Positions 58,548 to 64,000 of a stretch of 64,000 nt of DNA are shown here, one piece after another. Position 1 is the first letter of the stretch, and the number at the start of each line of letters is the position of its first letter. A model generated the notes under the pieces. It saw only the letters and a program-made list of their open reading frames with translations, did no database searches and was not told the origin of the DNA. Both the position numbers and the translations under genes were made by a program. The stretch spans positions 220,419 through 284,418 of the forward strand of contig JAJFVF010000022.1 in NCBI GenBank assembly GCA_021371935.1, given 5' to 3'. This DNA is from a bacterium. GTDB taxonomy: Bacteria > Armatimonadota > UBA5829.

Positions 58548-59830
58548 TATCTTGCTTCCAATTCTCCCTTTGGCGGTATTATTATTTCTCGCCCTACTTG
58601 CAAGCTTTTCATTTCATCAATCTTATTATACTCCGCCAGAGAATATGCGAACTTCGCATTACCATAGAATTTTCTGCATACGCTCCATAGCGTATCGCCC
58701 CTTTGCAGAGTATATGCCTGTGTCTTGATCTCCATCGGCTTGACATGAGGCTTTTGCTGCACGACATAAGCTTCATGACTCGGATTCACACCCGATATTA
58801 TTTTGTTCGATATCGGCAAACGTATGGCTGCCATACACAGCGCCGCCGCCATTATTATACCGATTATGATATTGCGCAGCGTGTGACCCACCCTGCGCTT
58901 GCCCTTACTCTGCCGCCTGACCGCACTGGCAGCTCCCACCAGACCATAGTTCGGACAAAGGCCTATTGTGCCGTCATGCCAATAGAAAAAACCATCCTTG
59001 CCCATAGTCGGGTCGAGCACATATGCCACCATATTCGGGTGTCTGAAGAAATGCCTGTGAATGAACACATCCGCATCGGACATGAACACTCCCCAGCCTG
59101 CATGTGTATGGAACCAACCCAATACATCCAGGTCGCCATAGCACTTATCGCGATCCAGTAGTATCTGATCCCACGCTTGCAGGTCAATCTTTACGCTGGT
59201 CCGGCTCCCTTTTGCATCATAAGCCGGCAGCACCGCCTTGATGTGTATGGCGCGTTCATGTTCTTCGTCGGTGACGGTCCCGAGCAGCAGACCCGCACAC
59301 TCAGTGTGCCTGTCCTTGCTCGCAAAATCCTCAATCTGCCTGTGAACCGCTGCGTCAATACGCACATCCACCTTAAGGTCGAGCCGAACATCCTCGGTGA
59401 TCAGTCTCTGGTTCAAGATTTTCACATCGGAATGCTGCACAGGATCACGTTCGAGAACATTGTTTTCGTCAAACGCGAAATCCATGGTCTCCTGTGCCGC
59501 TGTGATATCCGGGACAATCCTGAAAACGGGGTGATCTGGAAGATCGAGGTCGGTTAGTCTTGATTGAGGGTCGATTGCACTGCCGCGTAACTGCACTAAG
59601 CCGTAGCTGATTGGATAATTGTCCGAACCCACGCTCGGTAACTTGGCCAACTCGGCAATGCGGCTTGCCACCTGCAGGACCGACCAGTCATCCGGCAGCA
59701 AGCACTCATATGCCCAAATCTCGGCGGCGTCTAAGACCATTGAGGTTATATGTCCCATCTGCGACACCTCCATAGACCTTACGAGCATATATTTACAGCT
59801 TTTTTTGATTTTGTCAAGTAGAGCATGCAT
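58547..59830 (-). CDS. Membrane-anchored JAMM/MPN+ metallopeptidase-domain protein with C-terminal LysM domain and N-terminal domain of unknown function
   Basis: JAMM motif E…HTHAGWGVFMSDAD (E, HxH-x7-S-xxD). TM helix IIIGIIMAAALCMAAI. LysM YTLQRGDTLWSVCRKFYGNAKFAYSLAEYNKI…GREIIIP. Confidence 0.6.
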   Translation of the reverse strand: MHALLDKIKKSCKYMLVRSMEVSQMGHITSMVLDAAEIWAYECLLPDDWSVLQVASRIAELAKLPSVGSDNYPISYGLVQLRGSAIDPQSRLTDLDLPDHPVFRIVPDITAAQETMDFAFDENNVLERDPVQHSDVKILNQRLITEDVRLDLKVDVRIDAAVHRQIEDFASKDRHTECAGLLLGTVTDEEHERAIHIKAVLPAYDAKGSRTSVKIDLQAWDQILLDRDKCYGDLDVLGWFHTHAGWGVFMSDADVFIHRHFFRHPNMVAYVLDPTMGKDGFFYWHDGTIGLCPNYGLVGAASAVRRQSKGKRRVGHTLRNIIIGIIMAAALCMAAIRLPISNKIISGVNPSHEAYVVQQKPHVKPMEIKTQAYTLQRGDTLWSVCRKFYGNAKFAYSLAEYNKIDEMKSLQVGREIIIPPKGELEAR

Positions 59831-59938
59831 GTTTCGGGTTATGCGATAGCGAGTTATGAGTTAAGGCTTGCCGGTCATTAACTGCTACCGAAGCAACAAA
59901 CCGATTTTCAAAATGCGGAAGTCGCAATATAATATATA

Positions 59939-60748
59939 TTGCGATTATACAGTGCAGGCGGCAGGGACATGGATACATCTCGATATTTGGATGACTTGAG
60001 AGCGAATTCGCACTCTCCGCGAGAGATTGATTGGCTCCACGAGTGTATTGCAGCGATACAATGGGAGAGCCGTATGTCTCCACATTTTCTTCTTCATTCG
60101 TATTGCGACCTACCGGTTGAAGCAGTTGTTGACCAGACATTTATTGATGCGCTGGAACAGATGCATGTTGAGCTTACGGCATTTCTTTCGCTATCAACAC
60201 ACACTAAACACGAAAGAATTAGCCTCAAGACGACCTTTACCTGCTTTATTGTTCAGATCAATGCCTCGCGGCAATTCGGCTCCATCTGTAGTCCGAATGT
60301 GCTGTTTTACGTAATGAACCCGATAGTGGCCCCTCTTCATTCGGAGTTCCATATGCTGCGCTTTCGCCATGAGCTAACCCACCTTTTGTGGGGGCAGGCA
60401 TATGGCGAAGCTCCTCCGTTGTTCATGGAAGGTCTCGCGGAGTATGCGGGTTACCTAGGGGCAGCGGACGAGTTGAAATTACCCGTCATGGCAACGCTGA
60501 CCGAAGTACCACCGTTGGCTGATATAGCGATTGCGGACGACTATTGGAAGCATGGAGGGGTAGCATTGTACCGTGCTAGTGGAGCCTGGGTACAGTATCT
60601 GGTTGAGCGATGGGGATGGGAAAAGTTGAAACAACTGTTCTTGCTTACAGAATATACCGACACACAAATCCAGGATCATTTCGCGCAAGTCTACGCTCAA
60701 AAACTTGAGACTGTAGAGGCTGATTGGCGAAATCACATCTTAAAATAG
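59939..60748 (+). CDS. Peptidase_MA_2-like (gluzincin-type) putative zinc metallopeptidase
   Basis: HELTHLLWG…PLFMEGLAEYAG (HExxH plus downstream Glu in the EGLAEY context). The TTG start lies inside a 23-bp palindrome; an alternative ATG is at 59969. Confidence 0.5.
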   Translation: MRLYSAGGRDMDTSRYLDDLRANSHSPREIDWLHECIAAIQWESRMSPHFLLHSYCDLPVEAVVDQTFIDALEQMHVELTAFLSLSTHTKHERISLKTTFTCFIVQINASRQFGSICSPNVLFYVMNPIVAPLHSEFHMLRFRHELTHLLWGQAYGEAPPLFMEGLAEYAGYLGAADELKLPVMATLTEVPPLADIAIADDYWKHGGVALYRASGAWVQYLVERWGWEKLKQLFLLTEYTDTQIQDHFAQVYAQKLETVEADWRNHILK

Positions 60749-60988
60749 GGAGCAATTTGGTCCCTTCGGCAGCAGTCAATCACACACTGCGTATTGGTTT
60801 CCCACATTTGCACTGCCAAAGCCACAGAACCCACAGCAAACGACATCTTCCAGCCAAATGCGTGTTCACGATATGCGAACAATATTTAGCCGAAATATCA
60901 TAGCCTGTTAGCTACATTTTGCTTGAGTTGCCGCCTTATAATTATGGGAGGGTATTTTTCAGGCCGGCAGCCGGTTTCAATATAAACA

Positions 60989-61061
60989 CAAAAAAAGCAA
61001 AACGAACTGAGCGTGAACCCCAAAATTTGAGCACAAGACAGTTCGTTTTGCCTGATTTTTT
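60989..61061. terminator. Bidirectional rho-independent terminator (13-bp stem, 30-nt loop) serving icd and possibly the MA-peptidase gene
   Basis: AAAAAAA GCAAAACGAACTG-N29-CAGTTCGTTTTGC CTGATTTTTTAT. Confidence 0.6.
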
Positions 61062-61079
61062 ATAGTTGTGGAAGCGGGA

Positions 61080-62240
61080 TTATGCCAGTTCCCTGATGAT
61101 CGCGTCAGCTACTTGTGAGGTGCCGACTGCACTTGGGTCGTTGCGGTCAGGCTTCATGTCATATGTAACGTCTTTGCCTTCGGCAACAACCTTTGCAACT
61201 GATGCTTCAAGCCTGTCGGCTGCGTCATTCTCGCCGATGTGCCGCAGCATCAGCATGCCGGAAAGAATCATCGCAATCGGGTTCACCTTGTTCTGACCTT
61301 TATACTTCGGCGCGCTGCCATGCGTCGGTTCAAAGAGAGCAACCGTGTCACCAATATTCGCACCGGGAGCCACTCCCAGCCCGCCCACCAGACCTGCACA
61401 CAGGTCTGAGAGAATATCGCCGTAGAGGTTAGGCAGGCAAATTACATCATAAAGCTCGGGCTTCTGAACAAGCTGCATGCACATATTGTCTACCAGGCGC
61501 TCATTATACACGATCCCGGCGCCTTTGCCTGCGCAGTCGGCCAGAGTCGGATCACCCTGTTCAGGCTCAAGATCGCTCCACTCAAATTTGGCGCCGTATG
61601 CTTTGGCAACCTCACGAGCGACCTTATAGAATAGACCGTCGGTGAACTTCATGATATTCGCCTTGGCCACGGCCGTGACGCTTTTGCGGCCATTTGCGAT
61701 GGCATAGTCGAACGCCAGCTTGACGATCCGTCGTGTGCCGGTGACCGATATCGGCTTGATCGAGATAGCAGAATCCTCACGAATCTTGCCGCCGGACATT
61801 TTTATGACCTGGTTGGCTTCATCTGAACCCAAGTCCCACTCAACGCCAGCATATAGATCCTCGGTGTTCTCACGCACGATAACCAGGTCGACATCCTGAT
61901 ACTTGGACCTTATGCCGGGATAGAACTTGCAGGGACGGACGCACGCATAAAGGTCTAGCTCCTTGCGCAGCGCGACATTCACGCTGCGAAATCCCTTGCC
62001 GATGGGAGTGGTAATCGGTCCCTTGAGCGCGACTTTGTTTGTCCTGATGCTCTCGATGACCTCTGACGGCAGCGGTGTGCCATACTTGTCCATGACATCC
62101 ACACCGGCATCCTTGACATCCCATTCTATATCGACCCCGGTTGCTTCGATGACCCTGCGAGTCGCTTCAGTGATCTCGGGTCCGGTGCCGTCGCCGGGGA
62201 TTAGAGTGATCTTATACGCCAACTGACTGTCCTCCAACAT
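61080..62240 (-). CDS. icd: NADP-dependent isocitrate dehydrogenase
   Basis: [13 protein letters not shown]; [22 protein letters not shown] (IDH hallmark SxNVALR); [12 protein letters not shown]. Confidence 0.85.
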   Translation of the reverse strand: MLEDSQLAYKITLIPGDGTGPEITEATRRVIEATGVDIEWDVKDAGVDVMDKYGTPLPSEVIESIRTNKVALKGPITTPIGKGFRSVNVALRKELDLYACVRPCKFYPGIRSKYQDVDLVIVRENTEDLYAGVEWDLGSDEANQVIKMSGGKIREDSAISIKPISVTGTRRIVKLAFDYAIANGRKSVTAVAKANIMKFTDGLFYKVAREVAKAYGAKFEWSDLEPEQGDPTLADCAGKGAGIVYNERLVDNMCMQLVQKPELYDVICLPNLYGDILSDLCAGLVGGLGVAPGANIGDTVALFEPTHGSAPKYKGQNKVNPIAMILSGMLMLRHIGENDAADRLEASVAKVVAEGKDVTYDMKPDRNDPSAVGTSQVADAIIRELA

Positions 62241-62289
62241 ATTGTTTCAAACAAACTGTACCACGGAGGCAGGCAGAGTGTCAAACGCG

Positions 62290-62325
62290 GGTTTGATGGT
62301 TTGAGAGTGTGATAGTGTGAGAGTC
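62290..62325 (-). repeat. Second copy of the 36-nt motif, in the icd 5' leader
   Basis: See the 7591-7629 entry. Located about 50 nt upstream of the icd start codon on the minus strand. Confidence 0.7.
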
Positions 62326-62333
62326 CGACGGTT

Positions 62334-63167
62334 CTAGACTTTCAGGAGGAATACTGCGACCATAAGGATGGCAAAGACTATCCGATAGACAACAAATGCT
62401 GTCAGAGAATTTTTGCGAAGGAAGCTGATGAGGAAATGTATCGCAATATAACCGAAAACGGCTGCGCTTGCAAACCCCCAGCCGAATGCTGCCCATTCTT
62501 GAGAAGGCATACCAGTGTGCAAGACTTTTTTGAGCGCCATCATGCCTGCGCCAAAGACAATGGGGGTCGAAAGTAGAAAGCTGAACCTGGCGGATGCTGA
62601 ACGGTCGAGATTCCTGAACAGCCCGGCTGTGATCGTGATTCCAGACCTCGATACGCCCGGCAGCAGCGCCATTGCCTGCGCAATGCCGATTATGATATAG
62701 TCCACATATGTCATGTGAGCAATATCACGCTGCTTTTTGCCGAGACGATCAGCCAGAAGCATTATCAGACCGAATATGGCCATAGCAGGCGCAACAATAT
62801 ACCACACGCTGAGCTTGGCCTCGATCAGATCATCCCACAAATATCCCACTATTGCTGCAGGCACACAAGCCACAATTATTGGAACAAACAGGCGGCCGCT
62901 TACACCAGCGGAATCGTCCTTGTCATACACCTTGCCCTTGAATATGTGAGAGAAAAAGCTCGAAAGAATCGATATCCAGTCGCGCCAGTAATATACAACC
63001 AGAGCGAGAAGAGTGCCCAGGTGGGCTGCTACGTCGAATGCCTTGCCCTGGTAGTTCCAATGGAGCAGATATGGGATCGCTATAAGGTGTCCCGAACTGC
63101 TGACGGGGATGAACTCAGTGAGGCCTTGGACGGCTCCCAATATAATGGCTTGCCATGCAGATAACAA
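62334..63167 (-). CDS. uppP: Undecaprenyl-diphosphate phosphatase
   Basis: LGAVQGLTEFIPVSSSGH motif; …GISRSG…; 8 TM. Confidence 0.9.
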   Translation of the reverse strand: MLSAWQAIILGAVQGLTEFIPVSSSGHLIAIPYLLHWNYQGKAFDVAAHLGTLLALVVYYWRDWISILSSFFSHIFKGKVYDKDDSAGVSGRLFVPIIVACVPAAIVGYLWDDLIEAKLSVWYIVAPAMAIFGLIMLLADRLGKKQRDIAHMTYVDYIIIGIAQAMALLPGVSRSGITITAGLFRNLDRSASARFSFLLSTPIVFGAGMMALKKVLHTGMPSQEWAAFGWGFASAAVFGYIAIHFLISFLRKNSLTAFVVYRIVFAILMVAVFLLKV

Positions 63168-63182
63168 TATTCCACTCCAAAT

Positions 63183-64000
63183 TTATACCGCGGCGAGATC
63201 GCCGGATTCATCTTCAATATCCAACAGGGGCACTTTGCCATGTGGACGGATGTAGTAGAGCCGGATCAGCTCTCGTATGATTGCCGCAACCGGAGCAGCA
63301 AGAAACATTCCGATCAGACCGCAAAACTCTGCGCCGACCAGGAGCACAATTATCACCACCGCAGGGTGAAGCCTGAGACGGTCACCGATCAACTTGGGCA
63401 TAATAAACTTGCTCTCGGCAAAGTGCATCACTATAACAAATATCAGCAAATACATCGGCACGGCGAGGCCGTGGAAGTTCAAAAGTCCTACCAGCACGAT
63501 AGGAATGCCGCTCACGACCGGGCCTATCACCGGAATTGCACGGGTAATAGCTGCAAAAAGAGCAAGCACTATCACATAAGGAACATTGAGTATCCCCAGA
63601 AAGATTCCCGTCAGCACACCGGCAATCACACACAGGATTATCTGACCAACGACATAACTCTGCAAAATCATACCGATCTCATGGCCGATCCTGATCGCCT
63701 CACGGCGGCGGCGCCTCGGCACCAGACCATACATCTCACGGGTGAGCGTTCTGTGATCGAGCACGAAATAAAACGCCAGCACAGGGATCAGTATAAGCTC
63801 AAGCGCCAGACCGATCCACGACTTCGTGACAGTGAGCAGCCTCTGGATATATACACCGAATGTCTTGGTGAATCCTGAATAGTCCAGGTTGCCGATAAGA
63901 TTCTTGAAATCGTAGGGAACTGCCTTTGCATACCATCTCTCGAAGCTGCCCGCAAAACCACTCAACTGGTCCGCATACTCCCCAAAACTGCTCGTGAACC
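63183..64000 (-). CDS. AI-2E family transporter (UPF0118/PerM-like), N-terminus beyond window
   Basis: Multi-TM protein with AI-2E-like C-terminal segments (…ITRAIPVIGPVVSGIPIVLVGL…). The ORF runs to the window edge. Confidence 0.65.
   Translation of the reverse strand, partial: FTSSFGEYADQLSGFAGSFERWYAKAVPYDFKNLIGNLDYSGFTKTFGVYIQRLLTVTKSWIGLALELILIPVLAFYFVLDHRTLTREMYGLVPRRRRREAIRIGHEIGMILQSYVVGQIILCVIAGVLTGIFLGILNVPYVIVLALFAAITRAIPVIGPVVSGIPIVLVGLLNFHGLAVPMYLLIFVIVMHFAESKFIMPKLIGDRLRLHPAVVIIVLLVGAEFCGLIGMFLAAPVAAIIRELIRLYYIRPHGKVPLLDIEDESGDLAAV

Noticed and set aside
1-64000. tRNA, rRNA, tmRNA, RNase P and SRP RNA genes
   Set aside because: Scanned for T-loop (GTTCGAATC-like), tmRNA 3' end, RNase P P4 and SRP domain-IV motifs. 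None found.

Overview
This 64-kb window appears to be a bacterial chromosomal segment at about 50% GC, densely coded, with most genes on the minus strand. No rRNA or tRNA genes and no CRISPR array were seen.

Recognisable housekeeping genes (minus strand unless marked +):
- A nucleotide-sugar modification cluster running off the 5' edge: partial DegT-type aminotransferase, Gfo/Idh/MocA oxidoreductase and hexapeptide acetyltransferase (WbpE/WbpB/WbpD-like), with a divergent polysaccharide-deacetylase-like protein (+).
- A partner-switching sigma module (rsbV-rsbW-sigB-like) directly downstream of YtxH/DUF948 general-stress genes, then mnmA and rarA.
- A large secreted papain-like (C1) peptidase.
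- An orphan MsmK-type ABC ATPase, a YjbQ-family protein (+), RNase J, asd, dapB, an M16 peptidase, pnp, rpsO and RNase Z, in a Firmicutes-like gene order.
- greA (+), an isochorismatase-like hydrolase (+), a cyclophilin PPIase (+) and ruvC.
- An ECF sigma/anti-sigma module (+).
- icd, uppP and a partial AI-2E transporter at the 3' edge.

Accessory or unusual content:
- A roughly 75-bp double-hairpin repeat present in four copies, all intergenic.
- A membrane-anchored JAMM/MPN+ protein with a C-terminal LysM domain, divergently paired with an MA-clan zinc peptidase (+).
- A GH78-like glycosidase (+) carrying a 270-aa acidic/arginine-rich triple-repeat tail.
- A B12-binding-like mutase-type protein co-operonic with an opine dehydrogenase.
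- A prepilin/DUF1559 protein (+), plus a separate 438-aa protein with a pseudopilin-like C-terminus.
- A 36-nt motif shared between the 5' ends of mnmA and icd.
- Several intrinsic terminators, one of them orphan.
- An AraC-controlled sugar catabolic cluster (+).
- Two TetR-linked units, one of them TetR–MFS (Bcr-type efflux).

All calls were made by eye from the six-frame ORF translations and the raw sequence. No database search was run.
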